From Eledone cirrhosa (Eukaryota): a DNA stretch of 64,000 nucleotides. Of this stretch, positions 52,801 to 64,000 are shown piece after piece (within the stretch, counting starts at the first letter, position 1; every line of letters starts with the position of its first letter). The position numbers and the translations under genes were made by a program. The notes below the pieces were generated by a model that worked only from the letters and a program-made list of their open reading frames with translations, had not been told where the DNA came from and did no database searches. The stretch covers positions 25,110,001-25,174,000 of the forward strand of contig OZ024746.1 of the NCBI GenBank assembly GCA_964016885.1, in the 5' to 3' direction.

Positions 52801-53499
52801 ATATAACCATATGTGGTATGAAGGTGCATGAGTGGTTAGAGCATTGGGCTTGCAATCATGAGGTTGTGAGTTCAATTCTCGAACCAGGTAGTTCGTTGTG
52901 TCCCAGAGCATGACACTTTATTTCATATTGCTCCACTCGGCTGTAAAAATAAGTTGCAATGTCATTGGTACTAAGCTGTATTGGCCTTTCCTTTCCCTTG
53001 GATAACTTGGTGGTGTGGAGAGGGGAGACTGGTATGCATGGGTAACTGCTGGTCTTCTACAAACAACCTTAACCAGACTTGTGCCTCAGAAGGGAACTTT
53101 CTAGGTGCAAAGCCAATGGTCATTCATGACTGAAGGAGTCTTTATATATATGATAATATAGGCTACTATCTGAATATTTATGGTAATATAAGCTACTTTC
53201 TGAGTGTATAAATATTTATAGGTAAAGATACGTACCTGTAATCAGGATATTGTTACTCGATATTCTGACATGACATTGTGTGCATGCCTAAACATATGAA
53301 GGTCAGCTGAAAAGTTCATATAAAGGAATGATGCTAGACGTGTGAAATCTCACATGCATTAATTTCACCTTTTTTTTAAATTAATAACAACACTCTTTCT
53401 TTCCAAGGACTATGTTGAAAAATAAAAATCATTTGGTCATTCCATGAAAGTATGGTCAGCCTATGAACTTTTCGGCTGACCCTTGTATCTATTTAACTT

Positions 53500-54040
53500 T
53501 CAGCCAGAATTTACCAGGTGGCACTGTTACTGTCTAACTTAATAGGATCATCTGATAAATTCTTTTAAGACGTAGTTTGGACTCTATAACTTAATCAAGT
53601 AGGGAATTGTTGTTGACCAAATCATATGCAGGTGTCGATGGTTTATCTGATATTTGTCCAGGAACTATTTGTAGTTTATATCTTTTTCATCCTTGATTTG
53701 TTTTGGTATATTGTTAAAGAGAGTAGGACCAATTGAGGTGAAATAGTTATGCTATGTTGAGCTTAAATTTTATAAGGAATTGATGGTCCAGGGACCAAAC
53801 CTTGTGTGAAGTTTATAGTCAATGCCAGCATCATTTGGGTAATATTGATGGAATATTTTCCACCCCATATAATTGATGTAAGCTCATGTTGACACTGGAG
53901 AATATATAGTTTGAGTTTTTTAATAGTTTTTTTTTTTTGTAATTGATCTCTGGGCTGCTTATTTTCGTAATACTCTGATTCATGCAAGGAGACCACAGCA
54001 GGTAGCAATAATCAAGATAGGGCCAGACAAAGGTAAGAGA
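53500..54040 (-). pseudogene. Degraded CR1/L2-like LINE 3' fragment
   Basis: Reverse-complement motifs YLDYC..LWSP and YFTSIGPTLFNNIPK. Confidence 0.5.
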
Positions 54041-54563
54041 CAAGAAGGATAATGATATGAATATTCTTAGAGTAGAAAGTTTTTGTTTATCTTTTATCCA
54101 GCAAATCCACTTTTTTATGTTTGTTAGACTTTTGCAGAGTAAAACAAATTTATAATTACTAAGATAGTGTTTCCATTAGACTTTTACAAATATCTTTATT
54201 TAAATAATTGATTTAATATAAAAACTGACACTTGGTAACATTTCTTACTGTCACAAAGTCTTTATCACCTGCCAGGTGACATTAAAACAGTATCTAAAGA
54301 TATTGTATGACCAGATCAGTAAAACATAACCTGGTTGTTATGTAAGGAGTTAATTTACTGAAAAATTTAATATATGACCAGGTCAGTGGAACATAACCTG
54401 GTCGTTATGTAAGGAGTTTGTTTACTGACCAATTCACTTCAAAACCAGGTCAGTGGATTGAAACCTGGCCATGAAATATAGAGTGGTTGTATTTGCTCCT
54501 TTCTTTTTTCTCTTGTTACTGTACAGTTATTTACATATTTTCATATATTTTCTTCCCCTACAG

Positions 54564-54688
54564 AATCTACATGGATTACAATGCTACAACACCACATGCC
54601 CCTGAAGTAATTGATGTTATTGCACACACGCTACAGAAAAAATGGTTTAACCCAAGTAGTGCCTACTTTACAGGAACTAAAGAATATG
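54564..54688 (+). CDS. SCLY: SCLY exon 2
   Basis: IYMDYNATTPHAPEV...WFNPSS, the class-V PLP enzyme N-terminal motif; AG/GT boundaries. Confidence 0.92.
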
Positions 54689-55069
54689 GTAAGGTCCTTC
54701 AGTTTGATTTTTTATAAAATTTTAATCTTTCAACAATGAAATTGATAATGTGTGATGATGGATCCTTTGTTGGTTTTTACGATGGCTGTTCAGTTGTTTG
54801 ATCTATCTTGAGTGATCCTTGCAATGTTTAAGGGGATTCTCTCACTCAAGTTTCCCTGGGTCAGAAGTAGGGCAAGGGTTAATATGAAAGGAGATTAATC
54901 ATATCTAGGACTGACATAAGAAGCCACCTTAGGTGGTCCTCAGTGTTCAAGGGGCTTCTGCCACTCAGATCTCCTTGGGACAGGTAGGGCAAGTGTTAAT
55001 ATGAAATAAGGATAATTCTATCCAGCACTGATAAAAGCCACCTTAGGTGGTCCTCTTTCTGGTGAGACC

Positions 55070-55376
55070 ACTACAGGAGAGGTATTTAGCTAAGAGTAAG
55101 CCATTGTACCTAGCATTTGTAGATCTAGAGAAAGGCTTTGATAGGGTACCACACTCTATAATCTGGTGGGTACTTAGGAAGCTAGGTGTAGACAAATAGC
55201 TTGTGGGGGCCATGCAGGCCATGTATAGAGGAGGAACCAGCAGGGATAGTTGGAAATTAGTACAGTGATGAATTTGAAGTGCAGGTGGGAGTCCACCAAA
55301 GATCAGTCCTTGGTCCACTTGTATTTATCATTGTACTTCAGACAGATGCTCCATGGAGCTCCTTTATACTGATGAT
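55070..55376 (+). pseudogene. RTE-type LINE reverse transcriptase fragment
   Basis: LYLAFVDLEKGFDRVP..IWWVLRKLGV, GVHQ.SVL.P, ELLYTDD, interrupted by stops and frameshifts. Confidence 0.8.
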
Positions 55377-55801
55377 AGGAAGAGCTTCCAGCCATGGAGT
55401 GTTTGCCAAGTAAACAAAGGGTCGGGAGAACCCTTCAGTCGTGTTATGAACGTGACAGCCTCCCTAGTCTTGGTGACCTACATGATAAATGCACCCAGTA
55501 AAGTGGTGATAAGAAGGGCATCAAGCTGTAGAAAACTTACCAGACAAAGGGTTGGGAGAACCCTCCAGTCATGTCAAAGGCATTACAACCTCTCCTGAGA
55601 ACTCAATGGAACGTAAGACTGTATATAAGCAAGACAGGTCCCTGGCTTGCTTGGGAGATCAGTGGCTCTGCTTCAGTACAGACTTGGTATATATAGATCT
55701 GTACAACCCTTGCTAGTAGGGAAAGCAAACGTTAAAATGACAATGATGATGATGATACATAAAATGATTTAACGATGTTGTTCTCTCTTTCCTGTTTCTA
55801 G

Positions 55802-55873
55802 TTAACCCTTCTCGGGAGTCCATTGAAGATGCACGGGAGCAAGTTGCTGATATGATTGGTTCTTCTCCAAAAG
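55802..55873 (+). CDS. SCLY: SCLY exon 3
   Basis: SRESIEDAREQVADMIGSSPK; phase 1-1. Confidence 0.9.
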
Positions 55874-56822
55874 GTAAGTACCTCTGATATTGCTATACAT
55901 TTTTATCTCTGAAACTTTACTTAATCATACAATATTATAAAATATCTGTAACAAATATGTAACTACCGCAGCTCCCTCTACAGTAGCATTTCTGCTATAC
56001 TCTCACCCTCACTCTCTCATTACTACATCTCTTCACCTTCTTGAGGTCACAATGATCTCACTAGTGTTGGTGCCATATTAATATCCACCTAGTGCACACT
56101 GTAAGGTGTAGTGCTGGTGTCAGAGTAAAATGCACCCAGACACTCTTTAATCCTTTAGCATTTAAACCGGCCATATCCAGCCAGAATTCTCTCACCTCTT
56201 TCTGTTCAAACCGGCTGTAACTGGCCACTCATACTGATATTAAGGTATTGTTCTCAAAATGACATTGAAATCTCATAAATTCGATATTATGTAAGATAAT
56301 TATGTGAGATAAAGCCTTTACTGCGAAAATACAATAGTATATATAGAGTAATGTAAATGCTAAAGGGTTAAATAGGTTGGCATTAGGAAGAGCATCCAGC
56401 TGTAGAAACCATGTCAAAATATGGAATGTATGAGCAAGACATGGTCCCTCAATGATCGTGACGACCCATCCAACTCATACAATTCTGGAAAAAAGACAAA
56501 ATGATAATGATGATGACATTCATTCAAGTGTGTCAACAAATGAATGGAAAGGAATCAACACATAATGTGGAAGATATGTATACACTCATTTTATGAAGGC
56601 TAAATAGTGAGTTTTGTTACTTTGGAGTTTTGCCTGTTTACCATAGGTTCATCAGACAAGACTCACTATTTAGCCTTAATAAAATAAATATTAAAACTCT
56701 ACTTCAGTATTGAGTACTCTTTTCTCTCAGCTGTCAACCACATATGGATATACATATATATTAACAGTTTAACTTAGTCATGCATTACTATAGGTTCCAT
56801 ATGTTTACTTTTATGAAACTGT

Positions 56823-56854
<32 letters not shown>

Positions 56855-57690
56855 TGATGGATGATATTGGTGATATATATCATCAACATCCTTATCATCA
56901 CCATTTTACATCTATTTTCCATGTTTGCATGGGTTAGATGGGTTTTCATGTTCTGAGGCTGGACATGCTGTTTATACATTCCATTCCATCATTGTTTCTA
57001 CCTTTGGGTGCTCTTCCTAATGCCAACCATTTCACTGCGTGTACTAGGTGTGTGTTTTATCACCACCTGCCAGAGTGAACTATCTTCATTTAATCATGTA
57101 AACTAAACTTGCTGCACACACAGCTTGCAGTTCACATCCAATATACTGATTCATCTTGTACAGTTTCTGATCAACTGAGAAATAATATTTATTCATAAGA
57201 AAACAACTGGGGCAATCAAGAAGAAATTTCCTTTACAAAGGTTGATTCAACCTCAGTCTATTTTGACATTTGTCTAAGATGCTACACAGTGAAATTCAAC
57301 TCAGAACTAGGCAATTAAAATCCTGCTAAGATCAACTTGGACTTTTGTCCTTCTGGAATCAATAATATAAAATACCAATCAAGCATAAATTTTTAAAAGC
57401 TGATTTAATTTACTCCTTTCTTTTTTACAAAACTAATTATTATTTGTGAAATATTTAGCCATATAAATACAAACTTATGCAAAACGACCTTTATTAAAGT
57501 GTTTAAAGTTAAATTCAAATATCATTATTACAAGACAGATAATATTAAATTTAAGTAGTTACATATTTGTTATTTTTTTTATTAGTTTGAAAGTTTTACT
57601 AGATCTCATAATTCTTGATTAAAACAAGAAGACAATATTCTTGTTTAAAATATGGTAACAAAACGGTTGCATTTTCTTTTTCTTTTCCAG

Positions 57691-57719
57691 ATATTGTCTT
57701 CACATCAGGAGGAACTGAG
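57691..57719 (+). CDS. SCLY: SCLY exon 4 (29-nt micro-exon)
   Basis: DIVFTSGGTE motif; strong pyrimidine tract with cAG, donor GTAATC. Confidence 0.9.
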
Positions 57720-57791
57720 GTAATCAATTTATTAATTTAATTAATTTCTTGAGGAAAATGAAATAATTAATTAAATTTCAAAATATTCTTA

Positions 57792-57976
57792 CGAGGGTCA
57801 GCTGAAAAGTTCATAGGATGACCAAGACACTCTCATGAGCTTAATTTTTTTACATAGACCCTAGAAAGAAACAATGTAGTTATTAATAAGAAGAATTGAA
57901 ATTAATGCATGCAGGATTTCACATCACTAGCATCATTCCTTCACAGTCAACCTATGAACTTTTCAGCCAACCCTTG
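57792..57976. mobile_element. Tc1/mariner-type MITE (other copies 53297-53485, 61213-61388; partial at ~1445 and ~44320)
   Basis: TA|cgagggtcagctgaaaagttcatagg ... cctatgaacttttcagccaacccttg|TA. Confidence 0.75.
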
Positions 57977-58229
57977 TACTGCAGGGACACATTTTCTCTA
58001 TTTCATTTTATAAACAGTAGCATTGTTGGTTACAGGCTTGCAATGGACCAGTCAGTGGTTCACTAAATTGTTAACAGCAAGAGTGGCAAGAGATAGCCTG
58101 TGAAACTCAGGTGGAACAAATACCACACAGAATATTTTTATTTAAAAATATTAGTCTATTTTGGCTTTCTCATTGATATACCAATATTTACATTTTTCAT
58201 TGAAAAATGTAAACATACAAATAATATAA

Positions 58230-58267
<38 letters not shown>

Positions 58268-58426
58268 ATCTCCAATTTAGAATAGGTATTCAGTATTTTG
58301 AATGTCATAAGTGACTAGAACAGTTGGTAGCAAAAAAGGCATCCACTTGTAAAACTTGGCAATTATATACTATCATATATAATACTCTACATACATTTAA
58401 TCTTTGTATATATATTTTTAACTTTG

Positions 58427-58458
<32 letters not shown>

Positions 58459-58461
<3 letters not shown>

Positions 58462-58780
58462 TGGTTAGAGCATTGGCCTTGCAATCGAAAGGTTGTGAGT
58501 TCAATTCTCAGACTGGGTGATGTGTTGTATCTTTGAGCAAGACACTTTATTTCACATTGCTCCAGTTTACTCAGCTGTAGAAATGAGATGATAGGAACTG
58601 GGATCCATATCATTCCACTGAAAAGTGCTCGTGGAGGTGCCACGGCAAAAAAGCACCCAGCACTCACTGTAAATGAGGTTGGTGTTAGGAAGGGCATCCA
58701 GCTGTAGAAATCAAGCCAGAATCAGTTCCCGTCCCACCCTTGCAAGCAGGGAAAAGCGGACGTAAAATGAAATGATGATG
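58459..58780 (+). mobile_element. tRNA-derived SINE family B with RTE-like tail (near-identical copy ~5950-6257; older copies ~14048, 40490, 52830, 61815)
   Basis: gtggttagagcattgg..gtgagttcaattc head, ttgagcaagacactttatttcac core, (gat)n tail. Confidence 0.8.
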
Positions 58781-58805
58781 ATATATATATATATGTTATA
58801 ATGTA

Positions 58806-59486
58806 CTAGCAGAAAAACCACCCTTCGGGTGGTTTTTTGTTGGCATGTGTAGTGTGTATGTTGATATTATACACAAATATATATGCATGTAAATAAAATC
58901 GTAATTGACAATATACACAGAAATTGAACGAAGTCTGTTTTTACTCTGTCTTCTGTAATCAGTAACGTAATCCATGATACATTTAAAAAAAGATGATATT
59001 ATATATAAACTGCATTATGAGAAAATTAGCGACGGAAATATATGTGATTATAAGTGTTATAATATAACGGCCGCTAACTGGAAGTGTTGACATTTGACAA
59101 TTTTAAAGAAGTGAATCTTTAAATAAGCTATACAATATATTTAATCAACAGCCACGAAATTTAGTAGATAAATTATGTAATATTCATTCATTATTTATTC
59201 AAAGGGCGGTAGATTGGCAGTATCGGTAGAGGGTGGGACACCATGCTTTGACGCATAGAGTTACGCCCCTTGCCATTCTGAGTTCAAATTCCGCCGAGGT
59301 TAACTTTGCCTTTCATCCTTACGGGGTTGATAAAATAAAGTACCAGTAATACACTGGGTAATTACTGGCCTTGTGCCAAAAGTAGAAACAATTATTTATT
59401 CAAAGTAATCCAACTTATTTTACAAATGGGGTAAAAAAATATATTCTGGATGCAGTCCCGCACTCCTTTCTTTATTATAGTTAAGA
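58806..59486 (-). mobile_element. Non-autonomous Helitron (family 2) with nested SINE
   Basis: CTAG end with hairpin aaaaaccacccttcgggtggttttt. A SINE at about 59205-59392 is flanked by the duplication ttatttattcaaag. Confidence 0.8.
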
Positions 59487-59503
59487 TTGTGTGTTTTCCA
59501 CAG

Positions 59504-59675
59504 GCAAACAACATGATTTTGCAGACTGGTGTGAGATACTTTAATGAAGATTGCTTCCCTGTTATGTCTGAGGTTTGTGGAAATAAAACAGTTCTACCAC
59601 ACTTCATCACCTCTAACTTGGAGCATGATTCTGTTAAAGAAGTCCTTGAATATTTTGTGAAGACCAACACTGCAG
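59504..59675 (+). CDS. SCLY: SCLY exon 5
   Basis: ANNMIL...PHFITSNLEHDSV. EHDS is the SCLY-type motif (NFS1 has EHKC). Confidence 0.92.
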
Positions 59676-60290
59676 GTTTGTTGTCTTTTCTTAACATCTC
59701 TTCCTCTTTTACCTATATAACTTTACTCTCTTTCAAACACACGCATGTAAAATTTGAAAGAATTTACTAAAATTATGAATTATGCTATTATTAAGATGGA
59801 AGATTTTAATTTAAATAGGAACATTTCAAAATGTGTAGTTTTATAATTATCTAAACTGTGTTTTTTTACAGTATGTCTTTACCATTTCTATAACTGAATA
59901 TCTTCATAATAATCCTTTTAGTTTCAGTTTTATTTACCACTGTTAAAATAATAAACTAGTTATGTATATAAAGTATGGTGTGCTCATGCACGGAGATGCT
60001 ATAAAATAGTTTATAAAATAAGGTGAAGACACTTAAAGACGGAAAAAGTTGCCATCAGTCACTATAAGGGATCAAACCCTGTATCTCCTAAATTCAAAAT
60101 GCCTAGCCGGTATCTAGGACATACTTGTAGCAACCGATGGCAACTTCTTTTTCCATCTTTAGAGATCTTATTTTATAGCATCTCCACACATGAGCACACC
60201 ATTCTTTTTATTAACTTTATCTCCTCAGCACTTTGTAAAAGTTCACGAGATTGGTTATGTATACACTATTTATGTATATTTTTATTGCAG

Positions 60291-60418
60291 AGGTTTCATT
60301 TGTTCCCGCCTCCCATCAAACAGGCAGTGTCGAACCTGATGATATAGTCAGGAAAATACGTCCTAACACTATCATGGTATCTATTATGGCTGCCAATAAT
60401 ATTACTGGTATTATACAG
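60291..60418 (+). CDS. SCLY: SCLY exon 6
   Basis: EVSFVPAS..GSVEPDDIVRKIRPNTIMVSIMAANNITGIIQ. Confidence 0.92.
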
Positions 60419-61449
60419 GTTAGTAAGGCTAATATCTATTTCATCATCATCATTGTTGTTTAACGTCTGCTTTCCCTTCTTGCAAGGGTTGGATGATTCT
60501 ACATAGACCAAGTCAGTACTGAAACGGGGCCACTGACCTCCCAGACAGGCCGAGGGTCTGCATCTCCCTTACGTATGGTCTTACGTTCTATTGAGTGTAC
60601 AGGGAGGTTGTCATGTCCTTGACACAACTGGAAGGTCCGCCCTAACTCCTTTGTTTTGGCAGGATTTCTACAGCTGGATGCCCTTTCTGTCACCAACCAC
60701 TTTACAGCATGTACTGGGTGTGTTTATTGTGTAGATCACTAACACTAGGGTGATCTACATCATTATAATCATTTTTATGCCTGCTTTTCTATGTATTTTT
60801 GACTGTAATGTTAATGGTGAGATTAAGTTCAACTTTACAACTCCCTCCAAACACTTCTTAACCCCTTTGGGACTCTATTACTTATGAAATACATTCTATT
60901 TCAATTAATAAATGAAGAATTTACTAAAGTTATTAATTATTTCCTTACTAAAATAGTAACTTAACATCTGGAAAATTATGTTGGAAAATTTTAGTTTAAA
61001 TAGAAACATTGAAAATGGGTGGCTTTGTTTCTTAGAAACAGAGCAGGTTTTGGTCAAGTTGGTGTGAAAAGGGTTAATAACAGTAAATAACCTCAGTATA
61101 ACTTGGTTTATTGCACTCTATTGCAATATGTGAATCTGTGTTGGTCTATTGTAACTTATTGCAAAGATATATGTGGGTTTTTTTTTACATCTATTTCAGA
61201 CTATTGTAAATACGTTGGTCAGCTGAAAATTTCATAGGTTGACCAAATGAGGTTTATTTTTCAACATAGTCCCTTGAAAGAAATAATGAAGTTATTAATA
61301 AGAAGGGTTAAAATTAATGCATGCAAGATTTCACAGTACTAGCATCACTCCTTCATAGTCAGCCTATGAACTTTTCAGCCAACCCTTGTATATGTGAATC
61401 TGCTTTCGTTTATTATAAAGATATATGAATTTGTTTTGGTTTATTGCAG

Positions 61450-61608
61450 CCAATTGCAAAAATATGTAAATCTGTTCGAGCTGTTAAAAGGAAGACTGGT
61501 GAAACCCAACATATTTTCATACATACAGATGCTGCTCAGATTTTGGGCAAAGCTGAAGTCAATGTTAAAGAGATGGATGTCGACTATATGACTATTGCTG
61601 GACACAAG
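61450..61608 (+). CDS. SCLY: SCLY exon 7 (PLP lysine)
   Basis: HTDAAQILGK...VDYMTIAGHK. Confidence 0.93.
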
Positions 61609-62406
61609 GTTAACTATTGTGTTTTTATATTCATTTATTTAACATACTTTGTGTGTTAACTACTGTTAAGACAAAAGAACTGGGATTATTATAATAGTAT
61701 GTGAAAAAGACATAGAGTGAACACAACTTGAGAATAGGAAGTGATTAGAAAATATCGATGATCCAGGCTTAACATTTATGTAGATGGCCATATCAGGATA
61801 TATTTTAATCAGTAGGCACTTGGCTTAGCAGTTAAGGTGCTGGGCTCACAATCATAAGGTTGTGATATCAATTCCTGAACTAAATGGTGCGCTGTGTCCT
61901 TGAGCAAGACACTGCTTTATTTCACATTGCTCGAGTCCATTCATCTGGGGAAAAATGTGTTATGATTAAAGGGAGACTGGCATTCATGAGTGATTTCTGG
62001 TCTTCCACAACAAAACACTTTGTCCAGACTTGCACCTCGGAGAGGCAAATGCATGGCCTGTGAGTCTTGGTAGCATTACCCGTGGCCAGCCAATGATGGA
62101 TGCAGAACCCATGGCCAGTCACAACCAAAGGAATCGTTTCCTTCCTTAGTAGCTCCAAAGCAGAATATATTTTAATTAGCTGCTCCTACAAATGAGCCAT
62201 GAAAAGGATCGTTTTGCACTTGAAATTGTTAAAATACATCTACCTTTCAAGACTATAATGTTGTCCCAATTGAACTTTATTATTATAGCCATTTATACCC
62301 AACCCCAGACAGAATTAATTAGAATCTATTGTTTATTTTTACTGTTATCGTTAACAATATTTATTTTTCTTGTTAACTTGTTATTTCTTTCTATTGTAAA
62401 CCTTAG

Positions 62407-62513
62407 TTTTATGGACCCCGAAATGGTGCTGTATTTGCTTGTGGTTTAGGGAGCCATACACCGCTCTACTCACTTCTAAAAGGTGGAGGCCAAGAGCAAG
62501 GTTATAGACCAGG
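62407..62513 (+). CDS. SCLY: SCLY exon 8
   Basis: [36 protein letters not shown]. Confidence 0.93.
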
Positions 62514-63173
62514 GTAAGTAGTTGTTTAAGATATTTTACATTTTTTACTATTGTTTTTTTAAATCTTTTATGTTAATTGTGTGTGTCTCTGTATGTTATA
62601 AGAAGTGACTAAAAGAGTTGGTGTCAAGAATGTCATCTGGCTATAAAACATTGCCTGAAAAAGTCTCATCTAATCAATGCCAGCATGGAAAAGTCAACAT
62701 AATCATGATGATGATAATGATGAAAAAACAATGATCACATTCAAAGCAATATATTGCTGTATTTCAGCTTCTTACTTTGACCCTTATTTGTTATTGCTAT
62801 TGATGATGACAATGATGACGCTAATGATGATGGTGATGATAAAGATGGTGTAATTATTGCATCATTCTATTTCTGCTATAAATGATCATGAGATAAACTA
62901 CATTGCAGTATTTATTCTGGCTCTCTGCCCTCATGCTGGTATTCATGTTCAATTGAGTGAACTGGAGCAGCATGAAGTGTCTTGCTTAAGGACACAGCAC
63001 ACCTCATCTGAGAATTGAACACATGACCTTATAATTCTAACCACTAAGCACATATGCCTTTACCTGACTACATATGCATACACTCTCACACACACAAAGA
63101 CAAATACACACATTAATAATTCTTTCTTTTTTTCCAATTTAAAAAAAAAATTATGATATTTCTTTTATTGTAG

Positions 63174-63210
63174 AACTGAAAATACAGCAATGATTGTTGG
63201 TTTGGGAATG
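63174..63210 (+). CDS. SCLY: SCLY exon 9; gene continues beyond the window
   Basis: TENTAMIVGLGM; donor GTAGGT. Confidence 0.88.
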
Positions 63211-64000
63211 GTAGGTTATTGTATATTCTTTATTCATGATGGATTGTTCCAAATTTAGACATTTATTGTTAAAATATCTAACATCTTGTTAGCATAGCTC
63301 ACAATATGTTCCTAGCCATATTTTAGTTTGTAACTCTTTTGATACCAAACTGCGTCTGGCTCTAAGATACCATGTTATTTATTTTGAAGAGTTTTTATTT
63401 ATCCAAAAAAATTACTTCATAGTTTTATGCAAGAATCTTTATGTTCCAAACAGCAATTTAATAATGAGAACGTTCCATTAGTTGTGTAGATGCCTGTTGA
63501 ATACCTATTCGTGTGAGTGGTAGTGCTGGTGCCACAATAGAATGCACCAAGTACATTCCATTAAGTGGTTGACATTAGGAAAGGCATCCAGCCATAGAAA
63601 CTATGCCGAAATATGGAACATGAGCAAGATGTGGTTTCTGTGACCTGTCCATTCTTAGACTATGATGACTCACACCCCCTCATCCCAGCCAATGCCAGTA
63701 TGGAAAGTGGATGTTAAATGATGATGGGTGGGGGAGCGAGGTTGATTCTGTGTATATCTTCACGTTGACACTGGTAAAAAAATTTAAAAAACCGTGCCAT
63801 TTGTTTATGTCCCCCAATTTAACAGCGTTGAAGTTCAGTGAATTCAGTACCATACTTAAAAATAAGGGTTGGCACCAGGAATGGCATCCAAATACAGAAT
63901 AGTGCCTCAAACTCAAGATGTCCTGTCCAACCCATGCCAGCATGGAAAAGTAAGCATAGAATTGATAATGATGGTGGCAGTTAACATTCCCTCTAAACTG

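Noticed and set aside
58811-58838. Rho-independent terminator-like hairpin
   Set aside because: It is the subterminal hairpin of a Helitron, next to CTAG.
54564-63210. Cysteine desulfurase NFS1 assignment
   Set aside because: EHDS, FYGPR.GA and YMDYNATTP match SCLY; NFS1 has EHKC and YGPKG.

Overview
AT-rich, repeat-dense animal genomic DNA. The (TA)n arrays, tRNA-derived SINEs and RTE-type tails look cephalopod/Octopus-like (inferred, not verified). Two + strand spliced genes were rebuilt by hand with consistent GT-AG sites and intron phases. (1) 18376-40462: a six-exon gene of about 3,760 aa, including one 8,757-nt exon, encoding 14 nuclear-receptor-type C4 zinc-finger DNA-binding domains (DBDs), three AT-hooks and coiled coils, with no visible ligand-binding domain. 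All 14 P-boxes differ, and only the last is canonical (CEGCKG). This 'polydactyl nuclear-receptor-finger' protein is the main candidate novelty. (2) 49421->63210: a selenocysteine lyase (SCLY) with nine exons in the window, continuing past the end, and an MGSILS N-terminus. The rest is Helitrons, mariner/hAT-type MITEs, SINEs, LINE fragments and fold-back elements. Several fold-backs carry type I hammerhead ribozyme motifs, probably Penelope-like remnants, and one palindrome encodes an intact hammerhead on both strands.
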